The position numbers were made by a program, and so were the translations under genes. A stretch of DNA of 63,800 nucleotides, the filler included. It is 14 parts of 14 records of this genome, joined end to end, with 100 filler letters (N's around TTAATTAATTAA, not from the genome) between each part and the next. Parts side by side here need not be neighbours in the genome. Positions count along the whole stretch, not along the records: positions 27,150 to 30,284 come from SRR9670534_952; positions 30,385 to 37,259 come from SRR9670534_955; positions 37,360 to 47,660 come from SRR9670534_960; 11 more parts are not named here. The stretch is one strand, 5' to 3'. Below the pieces are notes generated by a model, which saw nothing but the letters and a program-made list of their open reading frames with translations, was not told the DNA's origin and made no database searches. This document shows positions 28,330-41,915 of this stretch, piece after piece (the stretch's first letter is position 1; every line of letters starts with the position of its first letter).

Positions 28330-29600
28330 ATATAGTTATTTCCATTAGCCTATTATGATATTTCATATTTATGACGTTCTTTTGTAAAGAAGTTATGAAT
28401 GAGCTTGTCCTACTTCGCAGAATAAGTTTATACATTATTCACTTTTACATAAATAAACATCATATATATTCTCATAGACAAAGGGAATCTACCAATATGC
28501 TGCAGTTAACAATAAGTCTTTTTTATAAATTATCTATTTAGATCAGAATTTTTAGTTTTTATGAATAATACTTACATTATTTCTAATTTAGAATTGGTAA
28601 TTTCAGAGTTCTATTTTAGAGTTAAATTGCTCATAGATTATATTTACTAATTTGCCCTCAAATTGTAATAAACACTTTTTTTGGAAGCTTATTTCATCTT
28701 AAAATCATCAAATCAGCTACTATGTTCAGAGCACATTTTAAAGAGCTGATATTATTTTTCTTCTATTATAAAATCTAATAAAATCAAATATATGGTTATA
28801 TAAAGCAGTTTAGATTGCATAATATTATATAAAATGTAATCTTTAATAAGCTTTCAATAAAACATTAAAATGATCATTTTATTTGAAAATTTGAAAATAA
28901 GTTAATTATTTGAATAGTCTTAATATATTGGCTATAAAGCACTTGATAATACAAGAAAAGTCCAAACTAATAAATATGCATAAAATTATGATAAAGGTTA
29001 TTTTTATTATTTGTATAAAAGTAAAAGAAATTTTGTTTTAATATGGTCTATATTTTCATTTTTATAAAAATAACTTGAATTATACTTTATATGCAATTTA
29101 TTAACAAAAATACTAATTATTTCAAAAATATAAGTCTTTATCTCTATGGCAAAAAAGTACATTTTTCTCACAAAAAGAGTATTGCAGAATGTTTTTATGC
29201 ACTTAAATTAAAACAAAAGTTTTTATTAGCTTTAAAATTCAAAAATGTTTAATATGCCCAATTTTGAAATAAAAAAGATATTATTAACGAAATGGACATT
29301 ATTAAAAGTTTAGAATAAGAGATGTATATAAACATTATTATTAATAATATTAATTTTCCATAATATTAAAGAAATATGAAACAATAGTAGTGACATAATC
29401 AACAATTTTTATCATAATATATCCAATAATCCTAGTTTTAGACAAAATCTCTTTTAAGCAGATAAACAAAGTAAAATAGTCATTTCTCTGAACTTGAACA
29501 TTCATATATAGACATAGAGTTAATAGAATATTATAGTTCTTCTTACATTTTTTGATGAAAAATATGCTAAATCATTATTTATCACTTAGGGGTAAAAAGT
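28330..29600 (+). pseudogene. Possible very old, heavily decayed RT-like coding remnant
   Basis: Only faint motif ghosts (ILIDKG, KAF-like, LYLYG) in RT-like order, in sequence less repetitive than neighbouring AT tracts. No open frame. Confidence 0.2.
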
Positions 29601-30384
29601 TATTATATATATTTTTTACAATCTAAAATAAAAATAAGCATATTAATAGAAACATAGATAGTATCTGTAAAGCAAAATTGCTACAATTTATGAGAATTAT
29701 ACCAAAGTGTGAATAACTTGTTTATTATGGTCATTATTTAAATTTTACGTAGTGCTAAGTTTTAAACTTTCTTATTGAATATGAGTAATGCCATATTTTA
29801 CAAGTAGCTTTAAGAATTTGTTGAAAAATTTTTACTTATTGTTACAATTTTTAAATTGATAATAATAAACAGTATTTTTAATGTAGAATATTAATTCAAA
29901 TATAATAGTAACAATTTAGTCATTTATTAACAATGTTTTTTACTAACAATAATATTAAATAAACATTTATATTATCTAAATATATAATAACAAACTTCTT
30001 AATAAAAACATTTTGTTATTATTAATAATAACAACAACATAAACCTTAAATGTTAATAATATAATTGCACAAATATTATACATTTAATAAATATATTATT
30101 TATATTGCAAAGTTATTTTATATTAATAATGTCTATCTGTAACTATGTCCTTGCCTTACTAGTTTCCATCCTCCCAGAAAATTTTCACCTTTTAGGCTTG
30201 CTAGCAATTACAACATTCATTTTCATGTGTTGCTATATAATGTAAAAGATAGAGAATTTTCTGGCCTCTCGAATAACATATTACNNNNNNNNNNNNNNNN
30301 NNNNNNNNNNNNNNNNNNNNNNNNNNNNTTAATTAATTAANNNNNNNNNNNNNNNNNNNNNNNNNNNNNNNNNNNNNNNNNNNN

Positions 30385-33300
30385 ACTTAAAAATCCTGCT
30401 TCATCATAAGCTTTTTGTTGTGAAATAGTTTCGATTTCTAATTCGCCATAATAGATGGTCAATTTGATCATGTTATTGCTACAATTATTGAATACAATTA
30501 GTTAATAAAAGTTATTTTAAAACTAAAATAAGTTAGGGATTACTATTGTACATAAAAAAGCAAAATATTTGTACTCAATCAACTTGTCTTCTTCATTACT
30601 GACATATTCCAGAAACGCTTCATATTGATTCAACGCTTCATCCAAAACTCCAGTACCATCACTTTCACCAACAAGGACATTATGAATATCGGTAAACGTA
30701 TCAATTGCCATTTCAATATTTTCTGCTATTTCACCAAATGAAAACTTTAAGTAAGATGTGTAGCTAAGCAATGTTTGAAGACAACTTTTTCCTTGAATAA
30801 CTGATTTAAACTCATCTATGACGTCATCTGGTAATACCGCTTGCCAAATTCCAAATTCACCAATGACATTTGAAATAGTGTCAATACAGTCCTCGTCATT
30901 CTCTTCTATATAATAACTGCCAATTTCATAAAGTTTTACAATGATATCATCCATGTTGTTTTTCAATGTCATATAAGCATGAGAAGTTACACTATAATAA
31001 TCATCTAATACTAGAAGCAGTGATCCAGTAAAAGAGACAATGTTAGCTTTTGCTGTTGCAATTTTTGCCGAAGTAAAGATGTTCTTGCTGAAGTCGTCCT
31101 TTGTCATTGAATCAGATGTCTTTTTGGACAAAAAAAGTTGGTAATTCTTCAAGAAATAGAGTGCATCAGCTTCAACCTTTTTCCTTTTTACAGTTAAATC
31201 AGACATGACTTCGTCATAGTTGTCCACAATTACTGTTTTCCATTCAGAAACCTGTTCACCATAACTAATCCCTTTTGTCAAAAATCCAGTACATTTAGTA
31301 GAGAACTGGTTTGCCAAAGCTCCAAACTCATAAACAGCTACAAGAAATCGATCAGCTTGAGCCCTGACATCATCGATCAAGTACGTGGCCACTGACACTA
31401 GTTCATCCAATGTTTCAGCAGATGCAATGTACTCTACCATGTCAAGCAAACCACCATCATTTGCAATTAAAGCTGTCAAATAGTTTGTACTTTTCTGAAT
31501 TTGATCCAAGAAAGAGTCTAGCTTCATGGTCATTTGAAATTCCTTGTTTAAGAAAAATGAGTAAATTAATTGAACATGCAAGTGACCTATGAGATCTGTA
31601 ATAATAACTCGATATGTTTCCCAAACGTCATCCATTTTGTCATATCCAGGAGGAGTGTCTGTGAAATTTAAATAAGCAGTGTTAACAAAGTAGTCTATTC
31701 TTCCAACAACTGTGTAATAAACTGTGAGAAAAGTGGCAAGGGATGATTCAATTGTGGTAATTTGGGTTCGAAACGATAGTTCAAATGATTCACAGTAAAA
31801 GGCACCAGCTTCATATGCTAATGTCCCATCTTCTGTTATGGTTATCAAAAGATTCACCAGTTGAACATTAAGCTTACATATAAGACAATTATCGAAATGA
31901 CTTAATCTTTCTGCGTATGTCACATAACGGTCATAAGCATGGAGGACTTTCCAAGCAATAGCCTCTTCAGAAAACCATAGATCATCTATGGCTCTCATTC
32001 TAAAGTCAAGGCTTGATCGGAGGTCAGCTTTCATATTGGAAAGAAAAGGCAGTGAATAAGATTCCAATGCTGATTCCAGTTTTTCTTTAGATAAGCTAGA
32101 GTAGGATAAGTCTACATCATAAATAAATTCATCACAAGGATCTGGACATCTGTCTTTACATTCAGTTTGAGCTTGTAAGCTTATTGAAACAGACTTGTTC
32201 ACATAACAAGATGAATATAAGTTCAGCTGACAAAATGGAATTTCCATGGTGCCTACATAAAGATGTCACTTATATTGGTGAGTACTATTTTAATTCTAAT
32301 TTAATTTTATGACACAAACAAAATATCATGTTTCGACAATAGAGAAGATTAATCAGATGATAATCATACAAATGTTGTACTTTCGAACTGATATAACAAA
32401 ATTAATAGGTATAAAGTACAACTACTTTTCAGTTGGTATTTCATTTCTGATGGAAGACATCCACAAGCTAACAATATAAGATCAATTTCGCAATCTCTGT
32501 AGCACTTGTTATAGAAGTATATTTCATCCTCAGTTTTAGACAGATAAGTATAATCGTAAGTCGTCTCGCAAGTACCCCATTTTTCTTCTGCGCTCGTTCT
32601 TCCCAAATTCATTACCTATAGATGTAAATAAACTAACGAATACCACAATTAATGACTACTGTGATTAACTACATGCATTAATACCTTCCTTAAATGAACA
32701 TTCGCGTAAGTGTGAGCACCGGCAGCAACACTAAAGGATGATCGATCTATAGATGGTATATCGGAGTGATTATGTACGGCAATTCTCACACCTGTGTCAC
32801 TTCCAGGTGAAGTTATATAGTCATACTCTTGAACCAAAATAACCAGGTCAAGACCATAATCAGTTCCTGAACGAAAAATAGACAATAATTACGTCATAAC
32901 GAGTCAATAATAAAGCATCTAACCCCCAACAGTTTGAACATAATCCATAACATCATCCCCATTAATGCTATAGCATATACCATAATCAGTAAAAGTTGGT
33001 TGAATGATGGTTGTGGGACAGGGTTGTCCTTGCCAATAGCAACTACGTAGTAAAGATTTTACTGTAAAATTATATCGCTTAGATGTCAAAGTTATGTTAT
33101 AGTACAATATGTTTATTAAACCTGCGCTTTAGACTATGGTTTAAGAACTAGGCCTAAATAATTAACTTACTAATCAATTTGATTTTGATCATGAGATGAC
33201 TTCATCCAATATTCCGTTAAGTTAACATTTCCTACAAATATTCTAGTGAAGGATATCCTTGATATCAATTAACTAACGTATAATGAGTGTACTAAAATAA

Positions 33301-36300
33301 TTGGTGTAAAATTACAACCGTTGAACCATGACATTGACGTATCAATAATAATAATACGTGTAATTTAGTATGTCTGCGTAAACTATATAAAGGCTTTATA
33401 TTGTAATAAAGCCCATACTATAGATACTATCTATATACTTATATTATAAGTATACATATAATGAATACTATATAAATCTACGTTGTATAATAAACTAGAC
33501 AATCAATACCACAATCAATCTCATCTGATAAATCAATACAGTCAATATAATAGTTGCATCGCTTATCAATAGGAATACAGCTGCCATCACAACTCCATGC
33601 ATGATCCGGATGACAAATAACTAAGCAAGGCAAAAAGCTTTACAGAATAGTGAATGTTACACCCTGTAACTTACAGGAGAGCTACTAATACAACATTTTA
33701 TGAGAACAATTTAGCATTGGTAATGTAACAGTTATACCAACATTTTTGTTTCATGTATCTATTTCTATTTCTACATGAAACAAAAATATGCCGAGTGCAT
33801 GGCATGCATAAAAGTACTAACCACATACAGTCATATTTGATTGAAAAGCCACCATATAATAGCTCCTCCTCATTAGCAGCCAATGACTCATTATCAGCAG
33901 ATACCGAAGTAATTTGTATAAGCGCTTCATGAAAGTATGTGATGAAATTCTGAGGACCATAATCATCGCAAAAAATCTCACTTGCAAAATATTCAGAATT
34001 GGCCAAGTGTGTCAAATTTTGGTCAAACTGCCTATAATAAGACTACTTTTTAAACCATATTTATTAACACCTTCACATAGCTACAAATGCAAAAGTACCA
34101 AGAAGGGTAGGTAAGAGAGCCTCCACTAAATATAAGTACTTGTGTTGTTGCATAAACACATCCATATTTGGCGTCATAGGCTGTTCCATTGTTGAGATCA
34201 AAATATTCATCCACATCAAACATGATCACATGATAAATGGATGGTGCTTGTATATGGTATGAACAATATGTACCATATGTATACTGCCTATTTTCTCCAC
34301 CAAAAGTAATACTACCTACTTCTGTAAGTGTTTCGATAACACATTCAGGTCTACAGGGATCAGTGCATTTGGAGATAGCTACATTTTTAGTACAGCTGTA
34401 TTTTGTCTAAATATGTTTAACATTCCTAAACCTGTTATCATAAAAGTAAATCCTTCGTTATTCCCATAGGCATCTGACTTAAATTCAATAAAAGCTTCAT
34501 TGGTTGAAAGTGTATAAATCACACCTGAAGGAATATCCCCACACAATCTTGCTATTTCGTTGATTCCAGACTGAGTTTCGTGATCATAACCTTCAAAAAT
34601 CAATAGGTAATCATAGAAACAGTCAGGAACATATTCAGTATAGCCACTTTCATCAAAAATTATCTCGACAATGCTATTAAGAGGACTTGATATGTACCAC
34701 CTAAAGGAAAAAGAAAGAAATGTGTAAGGACTGCTTGTAATATAAAATTTCAAAAAAAGTTACCGACAAGAAGTCATAGATTCATAATAAGTTGTACCAA
34801 AACCAGGGGTACCAATACGTACTTTTGTATCCGTTCTCGCATATCTATGTTTAACGCTACCATCACAAGCATCAGCAGGAACAATTGTAGCTTCCTCTCC
34901 AGGTGCTATTTAAATTCGTAATATATGAATTATTCGAATACTATGCAATAACGCAAATAGTACCTATAGCTGTAACCAGAAGTTCAAATCCTGCGAAACC
35001 TTTCACGTAATCTGATACAAATTCGACAATAACGTAAAAGTTGTTTGACAGGTAAGGATCAGGTTGATTGTAACCACAAAATGCTATATTTTCAGCACCA
35101 TCACTAATCTAGAGTAAATAGAAAGAAATATATAGGTACTAAATTTTCCACCAAAATTAGCGACACCTTTTATTACTTCTAGTTTCACAAGATTTCGGAA
35201 GATGTCTCTTTATAGCTGAATACAAATATGCATACGTATACATACCTACACGTATACGTATTAACAGTGTCTAGGTATGCAGCTGCATTATCATATGATG
35301 ATCATGAATACAACAAGTTGATATCTCACAGTACATACTATAGTAATCATATATTTTAGATTAGTAATCATATATTAATCATATATAGATTAGTAATCAT
35401 ATATTTTCACAGTACAATATATTGATACAGCAAATATGTAATTACAACAGTTGCGACAGAATCATTGCCGACAAGAGTGAAAGTGAATGATAGAACGACG
35501 TTCTCAAAACTTTGTCTACAATGATTCCACGTAAGACTTACGTCGTAAGTATTCTACATATAACAATTCTAAAGACTAACCATAAGATAATCATAAGAAC
35601 ATGACTCTTCATCCTCAATTTCAAAAACATTTCCAAATTCAAACAAAAGTCTTCCCTCTGCTATATTTTGAAAGTAGTACCTAATTTTCTCTTTGCTTAG
35701 GTAATCTTCAAACGGATAATTTAAACTGCTCACATTTTGAGTTTCACCAGGCATTAACTGATAAAAATTTTGTAACGAAGTAGTGTTTTCATAGCTTGCG
35801 CTAACAGAAAGCATTGCGCCATTTCGTTCAACTCGATCGTCTGATACAAAGGTTATTCTGACTTCGCTAATGCCCAATGGAAGATCTAAACTTGGAATAG
35901 TTTCACCGCAAATTCTTTCTACAATAAAATGTGTTTTTATCATCATCATCATGGACCATTGTAGGTATTGCTGCTCTGCATACCTGTATCCCACCATCCA
36001 TTTTCAGTAGGCCAAGAAATACTAAGGTAATCCAAAGCACAACTATCGGATGTCTCAATGTCCACGTGATGAAAATTAATGGACAAACTTATTCCAATAC
36101 CGGCTCGAAAGGAGTATTCACAAGTTAACCCTTCATAATACATACCTTCAAAGTAACCTGGAGTTACACCAACATAACTACCTTCTCCACCAAAGTATAC
36201 ATAGAGTTCACAGGGATAATACCATATTGATGCACTTATGTATTCGCTATCTAAATAAAAGCAAGACTTAATATGTATACTATAGTGCCACTATAGAATA

Positions 36301-36888
36301 CATCATATAATACAACAAATTATGTTTTATTATAAGTATTATTGTATTAGTTAACATTTTATTGAAACATCAAAAAAAAAGAAAAAAAATCCGTTTGGTC
36401 CTTATTTCAATCATGGATATTACTCATGTATTGAATAATATCCTTGATTTCAATGCAGGCATTTTTAATACAAATTATCATTGCCTAAGTTAAAAGCTTA
36501 CAATTGCCAAAACTGTATATTTCCTGGCTACTGTCTTCTTCCTTTGGCGAATTGGACGCTTCTCTTTGAACACGATTCGATATGTTACTTTTCGTTCTAT
36601 GTCCATCAAGAAGCATGCTGTTGAACGTCCATTGATCATAGTCAAGTTTGCTGGGTAATCTAACCATTTTCAAAACAGGCTTTTCATTGACCAGAAAAAC
36701 CGATCTTTTTTCGTTCTCTGAACGACTTTTCGTCACTTTTGTACGCTTTAAATCGTACTGATTAGTTAGATCGCGTTTTCTTCTATTATTAATCATCCCA
36801 TCTAGACCAGTGTCACAAACTTCTGTCAACGATGAATTAAACAAAACTGCCATTTCACAAGACAAGTTTAACATTCCATTGGGTTCAT
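30385..36888 (-). CDS. DEG/ENaC/ASIC-family channel subunit with four CUB domains and a large helical insertion; partial at both ends (TM1 and TM2 outside contig)
   Basis: ENaC motifs in order: NLTEYWMKSSHD..CYWQGQPC...FTDYGICYSING; GTDYGLDLVI...DTGVRIAVH...FSVAAGAHTY; thumb CYRDCEID...CGC; CPDPCDEFIYDVDLSYSSL; NNMIKLTIYYGELEIETISQQKAYDEAGFLS. CUB exons at 33851-36250 splice in phase into this chain. Confidence 0.88.
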
Positions 36889-38255
36889 CTACGTATGGTC
36901 ATATGTATACTAGTAGGAATATTATGGTCAAGGCACAATTATAACACACATGTTACACAAGGTGATACCTAGGCGGTTTGGGTATCGCCTTGGTCTCACA
37001 AAATATTGCCACTGTCATTCTGACAGAAGCCAATCAACGACCATTTTGATTGTGCTTTGATGTTTACGTAAGAATGTTAGGTTGACAGTACTGATATGGT
37101 TCTTTCAATAATTCTTTGCATTTATTATACAATTCAACGTTGTTGCAAAACGTAAAAAGGAGTTGAAAACTGCAGTTTACAGTTACCATGGTCCATGGTT
37201 TTACATTTATTAAACTACACTTCCTTGAAAATATGTTTATTATTATTAATAATAATAACNNNNNNNNNNNNNNNNNNNNNNNNNNNNNNNNNNNNNNNNN
37301 NNNTTAATTAATTAANNNNNNNNNNNNNNNNNNNNNNNNNNNNNNNNNNNNNNNNNNNNGGAAGGCCTTGTCAGGCCTTCCTGATTAAGCTTAATCTTTA
37401 ATTGATAATAATGCTTATACTATTATTAATTATATATTTAATTATAATAATGATAGCTTGATAAATAAAAATCCAGCTTGAAGCTAAGCTTACTAAAACT
37501 TTGTTCAATAAAGATTATTATTAATAAACTTTGCAATCAAATGAAATTGAATGTAATCAATTTGTTAAAAAACAGTAGTTAAAAATTATAACGTCTCCGA
37601 TTACACATTCATATAATACAAAGTCTTACAGTCTTGCATTCCACATTCATATATACTTTTATGAATCTCTCTCATTAACGTGTTAAAACTTTTATTATGA
37701 GACATTTACTGTTGGAACAAAAACTCTCATAATTAGAAAAACTTTTCAAGAAAAACTATCACAACTTCAAATGCCTTTATCGTAAATAATAGTAATTGTA
37801 TTAAATACTTATAATACATTATTTATGAACATTATGTTATAAATTGATATGAAAATAGAACCTATAAAGATGCTACTTAAATAAACATTAGATGCAATCA
37901 GAAAGAACAGTCTAATAATATACTTTAACAGTAACTATATCCATATTTGAACATATTTTCCATCCAATCAAGATCAAGTAATTAAACAATGAAGATATAT
38001 GCGAAGCATTACAACAGTTGTTGTATTCGTTCATGAACAGCGTTCTTCACCGTGCCTTTTCCTCGTTCCTAATAAAAAAATTTACTTATATACAAAGGAC
38101 TGATTTCAAATATTAGCTATAATATGCGATTACTCCTTTCTGACGCGAATGAGTTGAATCTTCAGGAATATTCCCAAATTCAAGTTTTTTCTTAGCATTA
38201 CACAATGTTGTCACCTACAATAAAAGGCTTATCTTGTATTATCATTTGGTGTATA

Positions 38256-41200
38256 TCACATATGTCTATATACCTTATCATGCTTAGACCACCTGGAAGA
38301 TTTCTTCCATTTCGCGTTCTTGACCGGTAAGCATACAACTGTTTTGCCATCTTTATGGAATAAATCCATTGATCTTACTCCAGCACTTAAGTAAGCAAAA
38401 GTAAAATCATTGATGGAAACACAATATTCTCTGAGGTAAGAGCACATCAGCATATTTGTAAGCAATCGGTCAGCACGATTTTTCACGTAAGAAGAAAGAA
38501 TACCAAAGACAGGAAAAGTTGTCAAACCCTTCTCAACAATTTCGGGACTTTCAGTGCCTGAGATTATATCACACATTTCATCTAAGGTAATTCCCTCAAT
38601 ACCACTATACACATCGAGATTTGCAGCAGAAACGCTTTTGACTATTTCCCTGGCAATAGCAGTTACATCTTGGCTATCCATCTTCGATATACGTTTACAA
38701 TTATCGCATATACTGACAGAATCACTCTTGCACAATTCACTGTCGAAAGACTCTCTGAAGTATTCAACTTGGAGAGCCTTTCTACAGTCTATTGTGTTCT
38801 CACAATATAAGATTAAACGATGGAGGTTTTGAGTGTTCTGCTTCTTGTTATCCCGAGAACTAAAGCCATATCGACCGGAATTGTTATTTATCATCAGATT
38901 GAGTACCTTCACATCAGAAGGTGAAAAGAAGAGAATACAACTTGCATACTGTCTGTCATGACCAGCGCGTCCCGATTCTTGATAATAGCCTTCCACACTC
39001 TTTGGAAGGCTAAAGTGCATTACGAAGCAAACAGTGGCCTTATCTATCCCCATCCCAAAGGCCACTGTCGTGATCATTACTTTAATAATGTCTTGTTGCC
39101 ATTCCATCTGTATTTCACTCCTTTCCTCACTTGATAAACCGGCATGATACTCTCTACAGTTTATACCATGTCCATCCAAAAACTCACACAGATCAGTACA
39201 CTCTTGTCTAATTTAAAGTAGAAGAAAAAACCCTTAAAACTATATGTTCTACAAACAAAATAAAGCTGATTAACTAACCTGCTTAGGCAGTAGATGATAC
39301 CACTCTGATTGTAATAATTCTTGTTAATTATATCCGCCACTACTTGCATACTTTTCCTTCCTTCTTTTTTACGAACTTCGTAATAAAGATTTGTGCACGT
39401 AAAAGATTGGATGAAAATTTTTCCGTTTTGTATTTTTAACTGATTCATAATATCGGCCCTCACTCATGAAGTTGCTGTTGCTGTGAGGGCCAATATAGGT
39501 ATTTTTGGAAATTCTGTTCTCAATGTGGCCAAATTAGTATACTGTTTTCGAAAATCATAGCCCCATTGTGATATGCAATGGGCCTCGTCTATCACGAATC
39601 TCTCGATCAAATTTCTACCATACAATGGCTTTATTACACAGTTCAAAATACTCCCGCAAAATAACTAAATAAAAAAATTACATATTGAACAATATAATAA
39701 AAATGATAGATAGAAAACCTTTTCTAGGGTCAAAAAAAGTACTTTATATGGTGGATGTTCATCTTTTAGCTTTTCAACGATGTCAATTTCATTGTAACCA
39801 TATTGATCTACACCAGCCAGATATGCAACGGAAATCTAAGAACGTTTTATTAAATAAAAAAATGGAAAATTATATTACATATCGGAAATAGAAACAGAAA
39901 TATTACATGTAGCTATTATTGAACACACCAGCCAGATGTGCAACAGAAATCTAAGAATGTTTTATTAAATAAAAAAACAGAAAAATATATTACATATTGG
40001 AAATAGAAACGGAAATATTACATATAACTATTATTGAACACACATATAAGAGCTAATCAAAAATATCATTGTATTTATACTAGATGATAACCTAGGTAAT
40101 ATAATAATATTGATACCCCTAATTGCGAAAACTTCATTACTTGGTCCTCAATTAAGGAAAGCAAAGGCATTATGCATATAGTAATTCCTTCCTGTATAAT
40201 TGCTGGGAGTTGGTAACAAAAACTCTTGCCCCCTCCCATGGGCATGAGTACGAGACAATCATACCCACATAAAGCGGCATTTACTGCCTGTAATTGATTG
40301 GTCCTGAATGTCGAAAATCCGAACACATCTTTCATAGTAGATGATATTTTTTCAGTGAAATTGTAAATACGGCCTTCAAATTCACCGGTTACCCCAGCAT
40401 TTTCAATGTCCTCAGTAAAATGCCCTATAGAAAGCATTTATTACTAAAAAAAGTTGCAACATTAGCTATAACAACAAACCTAAATTTTTTCCCGTCTGTA
40501 TAGGATAAAAAACACCATCATCCCTATCCAATAAAGGCACATACAAAGTCCTATCAGAATCACTACTTTCCTTTGGTAGACCCACATTGTGACAAAACTC
40601 AGAAGAAGAAATACCTTTAACATCTTCAACAACACTTTTCACCCTCGAATGTGAAACAACTGGAAAATGAGATGTTATCTTATCAGATTTAGTCTCTACT
40701 GTACGTCCAAGCAACAATTCTCTCAGTTTACCTTCATCTAATTCATCACCATCGAAAAAATAATCATTTTTCGTTTGTTTATCAGGCCTGGTAGATGAAA
40801 CTATTTCTGAACTTTGCATAATAGCCACATCCTTAGCAGTACACAAAGATAAATCAACTAAATTAAGCAATTGTTAAAGTAAACATTTATTAAGTTAAGA
40901 TCGTAAACATTTGGAGTTTTGAAACTTTCAAAAAACTAAACTAACCATTATAACCATCATAAGATGCCTTTCCAAGACTTTCCGATTGAATTCTCGACTT
41001 ATCTTTTGACATATTATTTACCTCTTCATCTATTGAACCTTTCAAAAGATAAATATAGACATATAATTATTATTATTATTTACAAATAGTAAATTTCAAA
41101 GAAATGATTTGATTTACTTGATTTATCTGCAAGACTAACACTTTCATCGCAAGCATTTCCAGAATTGCTATTATCATTATCTTCTCGATTATAAATAGGT

Positions 41201-41622
41201 GAGAAAGATCCTGAATCTTCAAAATTATCCATGGTACTCTCACATGCCGAAATATCTTTTCCATCAATAACTATGCCAGATTTCACAAAGATAGATTTCA
41301 ACTCATTACGACTTTCAATTGGAAGACAGGGCAAAATGCATGATGCATTATCCGATACAATCTTAAAAACTTTTGATTGAACTTTATCAGAACTTTCTTT
41401 TGCAAGACAAGATGTCAACACGGAAACATCCTCAATAGCTGCCGCACTAGTTGTTCTTTTCCTGGAAGACTTCTTTTCTTTCGACAAACCTTCTCCAGAT
41501 ATACCAAACATATTCTTATGTGTTGTCACAGGTTGAAAAGTGAACTTCTTCTTGGAATTTCCAACCCCAATCCTATTCTTTGCAGATTTAACTTTTTTAT
41601 CCAAAATACTTGGTTTCAACAT
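38256..41622 (-). pseudogene. BLM-type RecQ helicase (helicase core + RQC, no HRDC seen), disrupted
   Basis: [54 protein letters not shown] (TGA at 39464-39466), SGIIYCLSR, AFGMGIDK, SLPKSVEGYYQESGRAG, RQC YCEN...CR...CDNC. Frameshift near 39770. Confidence 0.85.
39810..40042. repeat. Tandem duplication of ~115 bp (2 copies) over a RecQ intron/exon junction
   Basis: acaccagccagat...gaaatctaagaa...gaaatagaaac...attattgaac occurs at ~39810 and ~39925. Confidence 0.9.
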
Positions 41623-41915
41623 TGTAAACTGACTGAAAATTCCAAATCTTTTCGAGATAATAGTCAAACAAAATGACAACTATAAGATTAAACACAATAA
41701 CTGTTAAATATTAAATTATATAATTTTCATTATAAAAAAACACTAAAAAGAAAACTATAACATCTTATTACTATAACCTATCTAACATTAGCAACAAAAT
41801 TTATATAAGAAAGAAGGTAAATAAATTTCCTATTATATGACACATTTACGTATATGACACATTTACGTATTACTATCACAAACTATCACAAACTTTTATC
41901 AAATACGAATAAGAA

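Noticed and set aside
36959-36991. Hairpin AAGGTGATACC...GGTATCGCCTT as a Helitron 3' end or terminator
   Set aside because: No CTRR terminus at the expected distance; it probably lies in an intron and has no other support.
39464-39466. In-frame stops in RecQ, YR1 and the LINE as evidence of an alternative genetic code or readthrough
   Set aside because: Host genes end normally at TAA or TGA, and the in-frame stops fit C>T or G>A mutations and come with frameshifts.
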